Made by a program: the position numbers and the translations under genes
Notes under the pieces: generated by a model
What the model was told of the DNA's origin: nothing
What the model saw: the letters and a program-made list of their open reading frames with translations, nothing else
The model's database searches: none
Source: a bacterium
GTDB taxonomy: Archaea > Thermoplasmatota > E2 > JACPAO01 > JAHFTW01
Assembly (NCBI GenBank): GCA_040390065.1
Contig: JAZJZE010000001.1
Coordinates: 262,718 to 326,717 of the forward strand
DNA length: 64,000 bases
Direction: 5' to 3'
Shown: one piece after another, positions 1 through 9,481 of the stretch
Numbering within the stretch: position 1 is the stretch's first letter
How the letters are laid out: each line of letters begins with the position of its first letter

Positions 1-2730
1 CGGAGGCGGTGGTGGGGGTGGGGGTGGTGGCGGAGGCGGCGGCGGTGGTGGCGGGGGCGGTGGCGGAGGTGGGGGTGGTGGCGGAGGCGGCGGCGGTGGT
101 GGCGGAGGCGGAGGAGGCGGAGGGGGAGTGCCTGTGGGGGTCCACACCATCTTGATGCAGGCCCGGTCGCCGCCATCGGGGTGCGTGAGTGGGCCATCGT
201 CGCGCGCATCGACGCAGGCGATCCGCGTCCCCGCAGCAGCCAGCGTAATCGGGCTGAACGTCGGCGAGGTGCCGCCCGTCGTGGAAGTGAGAAGGGTCGT
301 GCCGTCGGCAGCGTACAATGTCCAGCCATAGTTGGCGGGCGTCAACGGGAAGTCGCCGGCCGTCGATTGCGTGGCGTCCAGGCTGATTGCATCGCCGGCC
401 GGGGCCGATTGGCTGGGCAGGGCAGCCGTCGGCGTCGGCGTCATGACCTGGCTGGACTGGGATTGCGTCGTCCACGTGGCACGAATCGTGGCGCTGGGGG
501 GGACTTGGCCGATGATGGCGATGGTCGCCTCGCCCGAACCACCGGGGGCCGCCTGCGACGGGGCCACGGTCGGGTAGCTGCCGCCGAACGCGGTGCCGGC
601 CAGGTAGATGTTCGCCAGGCCGTCCATTGCCATCCCTCCGGCGTCGTCGTCGGAGTCGCTGCCGATGTACGTCGAGAACCATGGAACCGCCGGCGAGGCA
701 AACGGCTTGAAGCGCAGGACGTACTGGTCCCAGCTGGAGGACTTGGTGCCGTACAGGGCGTTGGCCGTCGTCGGCAGGCTCGCCGAGTCGCTCTGTCCGA
801 AGACCACGACGTGACCCCGGATCGGGTCGACGCCGATTGCGGCCGGCGCGTCACCGAAGTAACTGCCCGCGGTTCCGCCCCAGAACGTCGAATAGAGAAG
901 TGCCGTTCCGTCGGCGCTGAGTTGCGCCACGAAGGCGTCATCCGTGCCGCCGCCGTACGTCGACTGAAGGACCGGCGTGGTGCAGGGGTTGCCCATCGGC
1001 GGCGTGGTCGGGTTGTTGCAGACGGGGAAGTTTGCCGACTGCGTCATGCCCGCGAGCCAGACCTTGCCGTCCGGCATGACGTGCATGGCTGCGACGTGGT
1101 CGAAGCCGTTGCCCGACATGTAGGTCGACCACACGAACGCGGACGGCGTTGCCCGGTTGATTTTGAAGATGACCACGGAGCCCGTCGGTGCCGGCGGCTC
1201 GGTCGTCTGGAACGCCCCGGGTGTGGTCATGCCAGCGCTTTCGATGAGGCTGGATGTGTCGTGGTTGCCGCCGCCCCACACCGACGTCGTGTCCATCCAG
1301 ATGGTGCTTGCCTCTTCCTGGTAGGTGTCGCCGAGGAACGTCGAACTCTCGAAGGCTGCGGGCGCCACGTCCGGGTTGATGACGGCGAGGAGGATGTCGG
1401 AATAGACGCTGAAGGGCGTGTTGTACATCGCGTTCTTGGTCGGGAATTTGGCGGCCTGCGGATTGTTGGTGTTGGCCGGGCCGCCGTTTCCGATGATTCC
1501 GATTCGGCCGTTGGCGTCGACGGCGACGTCCTTGGCGTACTCCCAACCGCCGCCCCCGAGATAGGAAGCGAAGTCCAGGCCGAATGTCGGCGTGAAGCGC
1601 ACGATGAACATGTCCTGGTCGCCGGCGTTCGCGCCTCCGTTGTAGTTCGGCGGCAGCGTCGTCGTGTCACCTTGGATGGGGTTCACGGTCGGGAAGTTCG
1701 TGCTGAGGGTCGTGCCGACGACGACCAGCTTGTTTCCGGGAGCCAGGGCGGCGCGCACCGCGAAGTCGGTTGCCCCGCCCCCGAAATGGACGAGGGCGAC
1801 GGCGGTCGGCGTGTGCGTCGTCGGGTTGTAATCGTAGACGGCAAGGCTTGCGACGTTTCCAGCCGCGCTCGCGCCAAGGGTCGACGAGGACGAGGCGAAG
1901 GCTGGTGCGTAGAACCCGGAGCGCGCCTCGCCGACCACGTAGATGCGGGTCTTCGTGGCGTCCGTGGGATGCGGGCCGACGACGACGTCGGCGGCGTTCT
2001 CGCTTTGCGCAGTGCCCTGGTAGGTGCCGAAGCGAAGGACAGGGTCGATGACGGCGCCGACGTTGGGCGCGCGTGTCGCCAATTCGTAGCCGATGGTGCC
2101 GTCCTGCTGCAGCGTGAAACGCGACGCCAGCGGCACTCCGGCGGACGTGCGTGACGTGGGGGCGTGCAGCGTCGCCGCGCCGATGTGCAGATTTCCCAGT
2201 GCGTCGAAGGTGGTCCCCGGTGCGTCGAGGTGGATGGCCGACGCGTCGGCGCCAGGCGCCAATTCGTGGTCGATCTCGAGCGCGCCTTGCGGCGTGAAGT
2301 AGACTCGCAGCGAGACGCCCGGCCACAAGTCGCCGTACCGGATGGCGGAGAATTGGGGGACGTCCCCGGCCCACGCCGACGGGTCGTTGCCAATGAAGTA
2401 CGAGCTCCGCACGTTCGTCGCGTCGATTCCAACCGGAGCGTTCGCGGCCCCGCCGAAGCCGATGCGTTCGCGGACCTTGCTCTGCAGTTCGAGATGGTCG
2501 CGGAAGGCGAAGACGAGGCCGTCGGAACCCCAGCCCACGAAGAGGATTGTCGGCGGGGCTTGCCCGTGATTGGGTTCGAAGCGGAAATGGGTCTCATGGG
2601 GGGCGACGACGCTCTCGGACGGGGCTTGCGGTTGCGCCGCTGCATCGCCCGCAGGCGGGATGATGTACGGCAAGGCTGCCGCTGCGGCGCACAGAGCGAC
2701 CGCTAGCGCGACGGACCATCGCCCGGCCAT
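1..2730 (-). CDS. Secreted SBBP (beta-propeller) repeat surface protein with poly-proline stalk; 3' end truncated by window edge
   Basis: Manually translated from ATG 2730: signal peptide MAGRWSVALAVALCAAAAA; N-domain motifs FEPNHGQ, SYFIGNDPSAW, YGDLWPGVSL; SBBP-like repeats (GGGWEYAKDVAVD, GGGTDDAFVAQL); ends in >=42 Pro codons. Absent from ORF track because no stop falls in the window. Confidence 0.85.
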   Translation of the reverse strand, partial: MAGRWSVALAVALCAAAAALPYIIPPAGDAAAQPQAPSESVVAPHETHFRFEPNHGQAPPTILFVGWGSDGLVFAFRDHLELQSKVRERIGFGGAANAPVGIDATNVRSSYFIGNDPSAWAGDVPQFSAIRYGDLWPGVSLRVYFTPQGALEIDHELAPGADASAIHLDAPGTTFDALGNLHIGAATLHAPTSRTSAGVPLASRFTLQQDGTIGYELATRAPNVGAVIDPVLRFGTYQGTAQSENAADVVVGPHPTDATKTRIYVVGEARSGFYAPAFASSSSTLGASAAGNVASLAVYDYNPTTHTPTAVALVHFGGGATDFAVRAALAPGNKLVVVGTTLSTNFPTVNPIQGDTTTLPPNYNGGANAGDQDMFIVRFTPTFGLDFASYLGGGGWEYAKDVAVDANGRIGIIGNGGPANTNNPQAAKFPTKNAMYNTPFSVYSDILLAVINPDVAPAAFESSTFLGDTYQEEASTIWMDTTSVWGGGNHDTSSLIESAGMTTPGAFQTTEPPAPTGSVVIFKINRATPSAFVWSTYMSGNGFDHVAAMHVMPDGKVWLAGMTQSANFPVCNNPTTPPMGNPCTTPVLQSTYGGGTDDAFVAQLSADGTALLYSTFWGGTAGSYFGDAPAAIGVDPIRGHVVVFGQSDSASLPTTANALYGTKSSSWDQYVLRFKPFASPAVPWFSTYIGSDSDDDAGGMAMDGLANIYLAGTAFGGSYPTVAPSQAAPGGSGEATIAIIGQVPPSATIRATWTTQSQSSQVMTPTPTAALPSQSAPAGDAISLDATQSTAGDFPLTPANYGWTLYAADGTTLLTSTTGGTSPTFSPITLAAAGTRIACVDARDDGPLTHPDGGDRACIKMVWTPTGTPPPPPPPPPPPPPPPPPPPPPPPPPPPPPPPPPPPPPPPPPP

Positions 2731-2821
2731 GCGGCAGGAGCGCAGAGGCCCGATAAAAAGATGCGGCGGACGGCCGAACGGCCCCCACAGGCTCTAGAAG
2801 TCGCGGCGGCGTGCTGGAGGT

Positions 2822-4387
2822 GTGCAGGTCATCCCCCACGGCGGCGTCGGGGAGATCGGCGGCAACTGCTTCGCCGTCGAATCAGGCCGCACACGCGTCC
2901 TTCTGGACTTCGGCGTGTCCTTCAAGCGCTACGGGCAGGCGTTCAGCGAATTCCTCAAGCCGCGCAAGGTCAACGGTATCGGCGACTGGCTGCTCTCCGG
3001 GGTTGCGCCTGACATCCCGGGCCTGTACCGCCAAGACTACCGCGGCCAGAACGGCTTGCGAGAGGAAGCCCGCGGCGTCGATGCGGTGTTCGTGAGCCAT
3101 CCGCACATCGACCACCTCGGACTCGTGCCGCTGGTGCGGCCTGACATCCCCATCGTCTCGAGCCCGACGGCGTTCGCGGTCGCTCGTGCCATCGAGGACA
3201 CGGGCGGTTCCTTCGACCAGTCGGACTTCACGCGCTTTCGTGCGCAGTTCCGCATGCGCGCCAAGACCAGCGGCGACGAGGGGCAACTGTCGCGCGTCAA
3301 GTACAGCGACGCCGGCGAACGCGGCGAGACGCCGATGGAACGGCCCTGGCACACGGCGGCCAAAATGGAATTGGATGGCATCACCGCCCATTTGCTGCCC
3401 GTCGACCACTCCATCCACGGCGCGCGCGGCATCCTTCTGGAAGGCGACGTCCAGGTGGCGTACTCCGGCGACATGCGTTTCCACGGTCGCCACAAGGAGT
3501 GGTCCGAGCGCTTCGTCGAACGCTGCGCCGGCGTCGACGTCTTGCTGGTGGAGGGCACCAACGTGGCCAACGACAAGGACAAGGCATCCGCCCGCGGCCC
3601 CGCGCACCTCGAGGATTTCAAGGCCCTGCAACAGTACAACGAGAGCGGCGTCGAGTCGTACATCGCGGAGCAGCTTGCCGGCGAGCACGGCTACGTCTTC
3701 GTCGCGTACCCGCAGCGTGACCTCGACCGTCTCGAGACGTTCGTCCGGGTGGCGCGCAAGACCGGCCGGCGCCTCGCCTTGACGCCAAAGCAGGCGTACT
3801 TGCTCGACATGGTGCACGCGACGGCGTCGAAGGCTCTCGATGCGCCGGTCACGTCTACGGACGATGCCGACGTCTGCATCTACATGCCGCGCAAGTCGTG
3901 GGGCCTCGTCGAGCGGGAGGACCTGTGGGACACCAACCGCAACCTCATCGAGCAGGACTACCAAGGCTGGGAGCGACCGTACCTCAGCCACCCGAAGACC
4001 GTGCATCGCCGCGACATCCAGGCGGACCCCGGCAAGTACCTCGTCTTCGCCGACATCTGGAACCTGACGGAACTGCACGAGTTCGCGGCGCCGACGGGCG
4101 GCCTCAACCCTCCGGGGGGCGCGTACGTCAACTCGAAGACGGAGCCGTTCTCCGAGGACATGGTGCAGGACCGGGCCCGGCTGCTGTGGTGGCTCAAGCG
4201 TTGGGGCCTGCGCGAGGTGGGCGCCCACGTGTCGGGGCATGCGTCCGCGGCCGAGCTCGTGAAGATGGCGCAGGACATGGGCGCCAAGCGCATCGTTCCC
4301 ATCCACACGGAACATGCAGACCACTACGCATCGCTTCTTGGCCCACGGGCAGTCGCGCCGCGCCTCGGGGCCCCCGTCCCTCTGTGA
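2822..4387 (+). CDS. MBL-fold metallo-hydrolase, RNase J/beta-CASP-like
   Basis: GGVGEIGGNC, LLDFG, SHPHIDH, VDHS, YSGD, EGT, HVSGHAS, VPIHTE motifs. Confidence 0.85.
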   Translation: MQVIPHGGVGEIGGNCFAVESGRTRVLLDFGVSFKRYGQAFSEFLKPRKVNGIGDWLLSGVAPDIPGLYRQDYRGQNGLREEARGVDAVFVSHPHIDHLGLVPLVRPDIPIVSSPTAFAVARAIEDTGGSFDQSDFTRFRAQFRMRAKTSGDEGQLSRVKYSDAGERGETPMERPWHTAAKMELDGITAHLLPVDHSIHGARGILLEGDVQVAYSGDMRFHGRHKEWSERFVERCAGVDVLLVEGTNVANDKDKASARGPAHLEDFKALQQYNESGVESYIAEQLAGEHGYVFVAYPQRDLDRLETFVRVARKTGRRLALTPKQAYLLDMVHATASKALDAPVTSTDDADVCIYMPRKSWGLVEREDLWDTNRNLIEQDYQGWERPYLSHPKTVHRRDIQADPGKYLVFADIWNLTELHEFAAPTGGLNPPGGAYVNSKTEPFSEDMVQDRARLLWWLKRWGLREVGAHVSGHASAAELVKMAQDMGAKRIVPIHTEHADHYASLLGPRAVAPRLGAPVPL

Positions 4388-4467
4388 ATTTGCAACCACT
4401 GGCAAGTTGTTTGCGTCGGGAATCCTTGTGCGGCCGGGGCGGCTATCATCCTCCAAGGAGAGCCCCC

Positions 4468-4878
4468 ATGAACGCCAACCGCCCGCAGAAAAAAGAGCCC
4501 CCGGACCGCCGTGCCGCAGGGGCGCGCTACGGTGTGCCCCAAGTCGCCGGAATCCTGTACGGCGTCGCCCTGCTCGTCGTCGCCATCGTGCTCAACTCAC
4601 CCGCGGGGCGGGCACTCGGCGACGGCGGCGCCCTGCATTTCGTCCTCCTCTTTGCCAACGTCGGCTCGCTCCTGGCCGTCCTCGGCCTGGCCCTCGGTAA
4701 GCCCGACCTCGCGTGGCCCGGCGCCGCGCTGTTCGTCGCCGTCGGCTTCCTCGTCAGCCCAATTTGGTACGCCGCCCCCTTTGCCCTCGTCCTCATGGGA
4801 TTCGTCGCCTGGTGGGAAGCGAGCCGCCCCCGGCCACCGCGCTTCGTTCCTGTCCCTGCGTCCCCCGCCCAGCCATGA
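4468..4878 (+). CDS. Small multi-pass membrane protein
   Basis: AAGGAG before ATG 4468; about 4 hydrophobic segments. Confidence 0.6.
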   Translation: MNANRPQKKEPPDRRAAGARYGVPQVAGILYGVALLVVAIVLNSPAGRALGDGGALHFVLLFANVGSLLAVLGLALGKPDLAWPGAALFVAVGFLVSPIWYAAPFALVLMGFVAWWEASRPRPPRFVPVPASPAQP

Positions 4879-4943
4879 TGCTTCGGCAAGCCGACCCATA
4901 AGCGTAAGACGCCCCCGGCCCCAACCATGGGTGAAGGTCCGCC

Positions 4944-5378
4944 ATGGCCACCCTGCGCCAATCCGTCCTCGTGCACGCCCCAGTCGCCGCCGTCCGCGAC
5001 GCGTTGTTGGACTCCGGCAGCTTGTCCAAGGTCCTGGGCCACTCGTGCGAGGCCAGCGCCGAGCCGGGCGGGTCGTTCTCCTTGTGGGACGGACTCATCC
5101 GCGGCCACAACGCCAGGCTGGGTGACGCGGAAATCGTCCAGACGTGGCGATACGCCTTGCCGGAATGGCCGGAAGGCCAGGATTCCAACTTGATCTTGCA
5201 GCTCCGCGAGGAAGGCGGAGCGACGCGTGTTGCGTTGGCCCAGAACAACATCCCGCAGTCATGCGCCGTCGCCGTCGAGGAGCATTGGCGCGAGCACGTC
5301 TGGCCGGGTATCAAGGCGTTGCTGGAGAGGCCGCAGCGGCGCGACGTCGGGCGCGGGCTGCTTGCCCGGTTGCGCTGA
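4944..5378 (+). CDS. SRPBCC/AHSA1 (START-like) domain protein
   Basis: PGGSFSLWDGLIRG..IVQTWR..WPEG..GGATRVALAQ..HWREHVW pattern. Confidence 0.75.
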   Translation: MATLRQSVLVHAPVAAVRDALLDSGSLSKVLGHSCEASAEPGGSFSLWDGLIRGHNARLGDAEIVQTWRYALPEWPEGQDSNLILQLREEGGATRVALAQNNIPQSCAVAVEEHWREHVWPGIKALLERPQRRDVGRGLLARLR

Positions 5379-5414
5379 GCAGGTTCGCAACCTCCATCTC
5401 GCTAGCCGGCATCG

Positions 5415-5711
5415 TTGCGCGTGGCCCGCAAGCCCAAGGCGCTTCCTCTCGGACCGGACGGCTTCCCGCTGCCTCTGAAGTGGCGCCCCGTCGTGCAGGT
5501 CAAGGGCCTGCTCTTCGGCGCCTTGCTCACCGTCGGCGGGAACGTCCTGCTGCAGCAATTGGCGTACACGACGCTGTCCCTGACGTCACTCATCGTGTCG
5601 CTCGTCCTTGGCCTGTTCATCGGCATCGCCGCCCCATCGCTCGGCCGACTCGTCGGCGTCTGGATGGGCAACCGCATGTTGCGGCGCGCCCGCAAGGGGG
5701 ACCGCCCGTGA
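5415..5711 (+). CDS. Small 2-TM membrane protein
   Basis: Two hydrophobic helices, basic C-terminus; GTGA overlap with next gene. Confidence 0.55.
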   Translation: MRVARKPKALPLGPDGFPLPLKWRPVVQVKGLLFGALLTVGGNVLLQQLAYTTLSLTSLIVSLVLGLFIGIAAPSLGRLVGVWMGNRMLRRARKGDRP

Positions 5712-6361
5712 CCGCTTTCCGGCGAGCAGCCTTCGCACTCGTCGTCGCGCTCGTCGCCGCAGGCGTGGCCCCGGCTCCTGCAAACGCCTGGGAAAGCGGC
5801 CCCTGCACCATCCTCGTCGGCGGTGTCGACGTGGCCCAGGACGGTGCCCGCGTCGAGGCGCCCGCCGAAGGCAACGTCTCCTACACAATCACGTCGTCCG
5901 TCCCCGTGCAGAGTTGGACGATGACGGTCCTCTACGGTCCGTTCACGATTCCTCTCCTGGACCAGGCGTTTGCGGACAACGGCGACCTGGTACGCCACGG
6001 CTCGGCCGAAACGGGGGCGATCGCGAAGTACGGCACCGGCCTGTACGAGATTCGGGGCGATGCCCGCCTTGCGGACGGGACGCATTGCACCGTCGGCTTC
6101 CAGATGCACGTGTCCGGTTCGCTTCTGAAAAGTGTCCTCGGCCTCGCCGCCGTCGCCATGGTCGGCGCCGGCACTGTGGGCCTCATCGCCATGCTGATCA
6201 GCATCCTGCTGAACCTCAACGACGTGCGCAGCGCCGTGAAGGACTTCGTCGCGCACGCGCGGGAGGCTCGGGACGAGGGCAAGCACGCCGTCGCCGCACG
6301 CCCACCAGACGCGCCGCCGCCACCGGGACAAGCGGACCATGGGCCTCCACGCAAACCCTAA
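5708..6361 (+). CDS. Secreted protein with C-terminal membrane anchor
   Basis: Signal peptide (VTAFRRAAFALVVALVAAGVAPAPANA), beta-rich domain with 2 Cys, C-terminal TM. Confidence 0.65.
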   Translation: MTAFRRAAFALVVALVAAGVAPAPANAWESGPCTILVGGVDVAQDGARVEAPAEGNVSYTITSSVPVQSWTMTVLYGPFTIPLLDQAFADNGDLVRHGSAETGAIAKYGTGLYEIRGDARLADGTHCTVGFQMHVSGSLLKSVLGLAAVAMVGAGTVGLIAMLISILLNLNDVRSAVKDFVAHAREARDEGKHAVAARPPDAPPPPGQADHGPPRKP

Positions 6362-6410
6362 TCGCCAGTCGAACGTCCCGCAACGCGTGCCGGTCCAGAC
6401 CTCGTCGACG

Positions 6411-7118
6411 GTGGCCGTGCGCGCCGTCCTCTTCGACCTCGACAACACGCTCATCGACTTCATGCGCATGAAGCGACGCGCCTCGGATGCCGCGGCGCAC
6501 GCAATGGTCGCAGCCGGCGCCGACTTCCCGTTCGCATCCGCCGAAGCGGGGGACATCCTGTTTGGCGAGTACCTCGACGACATCGAGGGCAATGCGGTGT
6601 TTGCGCGCTTCCTGCAGAAGCATCACCAGCAGAAACTGGCGTTGTCGCAGCACCACGTCGACCGCATCACGGCGGCGGCGGTCAACGCGTACCTCAAGAC
6701 AAAGATGCTGCACACGGAACCCTATCCGGGCGTGCGTCGCACTCTCGTCGCCCTGTCGCGCCGCGGCCTGCGGCTCGGGGTCCTCACCGACGCACCGCGC
6801 TTCAAGGCCTACCAGCGGCTCGAGGCCGCGGGGCTCGTCGATTTCTTCGACTTCGTCATCGCCTTCGACGATACGGGCGAACGCAAGCCGCACGGCAAGG
6901 GCTTCCGTGCCGCCCTCGACCTCTTCGCCGTCCCGCCGCACCACGTCCTCATGGTGGGCGACTGGCCGGAGAAGGACATGGCCGGGGCACGGGCCGTGGG
7001 CATGCGCACGGTCTGGGCACGCTACGGCAAACCGGGCATCCCGCCGCCCCCCGACGCCGAGCAGGCCATCGACCATGTCGAAGAGCTCATCCGTCTTGCG
7101 ACCCTCGCCGACTCCTGA
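6411..7118 (+). CDS. HAD-family hydrolase (subfamily IA)
   Basis: FDLDNTL motif I, VLTD, RKP, MVGDWPEKDMAGA; start could be 6339. Confidence 0.9.
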   Translation: MAVRAVLFDLDNTLIDFMRMKRRASDAAAHAMVAAGADFPFASAEAGDILFGEYLDDIEGNAVFARFLQKHHQQKLALSQHHVDRITAAAVNAYLKTKMLHTEPYPGVRRTLVALSRRGLRLGVLTDAPRFKAYQRLEAAGLVDFFDFVIAFDDTGERKPHGKGFRAALDLFAVPPHHVLMVGDWPEKDMAGARAVGMRTVWARYGKPGIPPPPDAEQAIDHVEELIRLATLADS

Positions 7119-8584
7119 TGGCAAAGGCGACCCCGAAGGCCAAGCCCGCCGCTTCGTCCTCCAAGGCGAAGGCCGCGAAACCCAAGCCGACCGCGGCGAA
7201 GAAGACCGCGAAACCGGCGGCGAAGGCGACGAAGGGGAAGGCCAAGGCCGCGCCGAAGAAAGGCGCCCGCAAGGGAAAGGCCACGAAGGTCCGAGCCGAC
7301 GGCGACTGGCAGCTCGCGGGCGGATGGATCGAGGTCTTCGACGAGCCCGCCACGCCTACGCCGGACGTCCCGGCACGCGAGTCGTGGGCCGACCACCTGA
7401 CCGCACCAGCACCAGAGGCTGCCATGGAAACCGCCGCGCCCGTCCAGGACGCCCCGGAGCCTGAGGTTGCCGCGAGTGAGCCGGCCGAGGAGGCCGTTCC
7501 ACAGGCCGATGAGGTCGCAGCCGAACCCGACTCCCCAGAAGATGACAGTCCTGTCGCCGTCGATGAAATACCGGTCGTAGCGGCGCAAGCCGAATCCCCG
7601 TCCGACGACGTGGTCGAGCCCGAGGGCATGGTCACGATGGACGACGAGGAGCCCGAGGAGGATGAGCCCGCACCCGCGCCGATCCCCGATGGCCCCATCC
7701 ATCCGGAGCGCGAGCCCGCACCGATTGAACACCCCGACGAGACGGAACCGGCCGACGACAGCGCCGATGACCTGGATGTCGGCATGGTGACGATGGAGGA
7801 ACCCCCCGCCGCCCCCGCGGAGGCCGACGAGCCCGGCCAGACGCAGGCCGTCGTCCAGCAGCGAGCCGCGATGCCTCTCAGCCAGGAGATGCCGGCCCGC
7901 GGCGACATCGCATCCGGCCTGAGCCTTCCCGAACAGTTCCTGCTGGTCGCCTACCGTCCCGGTTGGGATGACAAGATGACCAAGGCGAAGCCTGGCGGCC
8001 AAGGCGCCGCCCTCGTGGGCAGCCTCGTCCTGGAACTCGCCCTACGCGGCGCCGTCAAGGTGCAGCGCGGTCGCTTCGCCGTGGAGGACGCAATCGCGCT
8101 GCCGCCCGAACTCGCCGGCGTCGCGGACCAGCTGCGCGCACTTGGGCCCGTCACGACCCAGGTCGCCATGGAGAAGCTGTCGAAGGGGCTGCCCGACCGG
8201 CTGCGCCCATGGGTGCAAGCCCTGGAGCGACGCGGCGTCCTGCGCGAGGAGCGCAGCCGCAAGCTCGGCATCGTGTCACGCTCGCAACTTGTGCTTGTCA
8301 ACGAGGGCGCCAAAGACAAGCTGGAAAACCGCCTGGTGCGCACGCTTGCCGGCGGGGGCAACCCCGACGCTCGCACCATCATGCTGCTCGGGCTCGTGAG
8401 TGCCAGCGGCTTGCTTCGCGACCTGGTGCCCGCGAGCGCCTACGACTTCAACCGCAAGCGGATCCAGGCCCTCCTCTCCGGACGCGACACCCTGAGCTAC
8501 CGCGTGGACAACTCCATCCGCCGCGTGCAGGACCTCGCCCTGCAGACCGTGCTCCAGGACATCCGCGTCCTGCAAGGCACATAG
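7118..8584 (+). CDS. GPP34/GOLPH3-Vps74-like protein with H1-like basic N-tail and acidic disordered linker
   Basis: C-terminal LSLPEQFLLVA..GAALVGSLVLELALRG..LERRGVLREE..PDARTIMLLGLV pattern; N-terminal K/A/P-rich then E/D/P-rich. Confidence 0.75.
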   Translation: MAKATPKAKPAASSSKAKAAKPKPTAAKKTAKPAAKATKGKAKAAPKKGARKGKATKVRADGDWQLAGGWIEVFDEPATPTPDVPARESWADHLTAPAPEAAMETAAPVQDAPEPEVAASEPAEEAVPQADEVAAEPDSPEDDSPVAVDEIPVVAAQAESPSDDVVEPEGMVTMDDEEPEEDEPAPAPIPDGPIHPEREPAPIEHPDETEPADDSADDLDVGMVTMEEPPAAPAEADEPGQTQAVVQQRAAMPLSQEMPARGDIASGLSLPEQFLLVAYRPGWDDKMTKAKPGGQGAALVGSLVLELALRGAVKVQRGRFAVEDAIALPPELAGVADQLRALGPVTTQVAMEKLSKGLPDRLRPWVQALERRGVLREERSRKLGIVSRSQLVLVNEGAKDKLENRLVRTLAGGGNPDARTIMLLGLVSASGLLRDLVPASAYDFNRKRIQALLSGRDTLSYRVDNSIRRVQDLALQTVLQDIRVLQGT

Positions 8585-8658
8585 GCCACGTCGGCGCGCC
8601 GGCCGGCGGTGGCGAACCTACCCAGCAACTCTTTGTCCAGCCAGGCCAATCGGGGGCC

Positions 8659-9285
8659 GTGATTATCGACCGGATTGACGAGGAGTTCCTCCTCTTCGCC
8701 CTCCGGCCCGACGGTCGCTGGGAAGTGCCGCGCAAGGGCTCCATCCAGTACGGGCTGGCTGGCGCGTGGCTGGCCGAGCTCCTGGTCGACGGCTACATCA
8801 AGATCGAGGAGAAGAAAGTCCTCCCCCGCGGCCACTCCGACGCCGGCGAGAAGACGCTCGACTGGGCCCTGTCGCAACTGCGCGACGCGCGCCCAAAGAA
8901 GTTCGACAAGTGGGTCTACAGGCTTGGCAAGGACGCCGACAAGCACCGGCACACCGTCATGAAACGGCTGGAGGGGCGGGGCCACATCCTCATCGAGCGC
9001 ACGAACGGCCACGTGCGGTACCCGCAGCACAACCCGGCCAAGTTCGCGCAGATGCGCGACCACCTCAAGGGCGTCCTGTACGGCCAACGGCCCGCCGACG
9101 ACTCCACCATCGCACTCATCGCCATCCTGGACGGAGCCGGCCTCATGCCGCACGCCTTCGGGGCACCCATCACGAAGCAAGAACGCGGGCTTCTCGATCG
9201 GCTCGTGGCGCGTGACCACCGCATCCGCGACCTGCACAATGCCGTGAAGCAGACGAAAGGCTGGAGCCTGAGTCAACTGTTCTGA
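8659..9285 (+). CDS. GPP34/GOLPH3-Vps74-like protein
   Basis: EEFLLFAL..YGLAGAWLAELLVDG..LEGRGHI..RYP..TIALIAIL pattern. Confidence 0.75.
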   Translation: MIIDRIDEEFLLFALRPDGRWEVPRKGSIQYGLAGAWLAELLVDGYIKIEEKKVLPRGHSDAGEKTLDWALSQLRDARPKKFDKWVYRLGKDADKHRHTVMKRLEGRGHILIERTNGHVRYPQHNPAKFAQMRDHLKGVLYGQRPADDSTIALIAILDGAGLMPHAFGAPITKQERGLLDRLVARDHRIRDLHNAVKQTKGWSLSQLF

Positions 9286-9481
9286 CGCGACGGCACGAAG
9301 GTCACCTGCATCGACGGCTTTGCCGCATGCTTCCGCCGTGGGACGCTACGCGGAAGGGTATGGGGCGCATCGAGGCGTCGCCGCGAGTGGCGCGGGCTCG
9401 ACGGCGCGGGCGCCCCGTCATGGACTCGGCGGGGCCTCACATGAATCAGGGGGGAGAAGGGGTTGAGGTATGAGGCGACGT

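Noticed and set aside
181-2154. 657-aa plus-strand ORF
   Set aside because: Antisense shadow of the minus-strand SBBP protein; Arg/Gly-rich with no motifs.
2822-4387. MBL nuclease as a defence-system component
   Set aside because: No neighbouring defence genes; motifs fit a stand-alone RNase J-like/beta-CASP protein.
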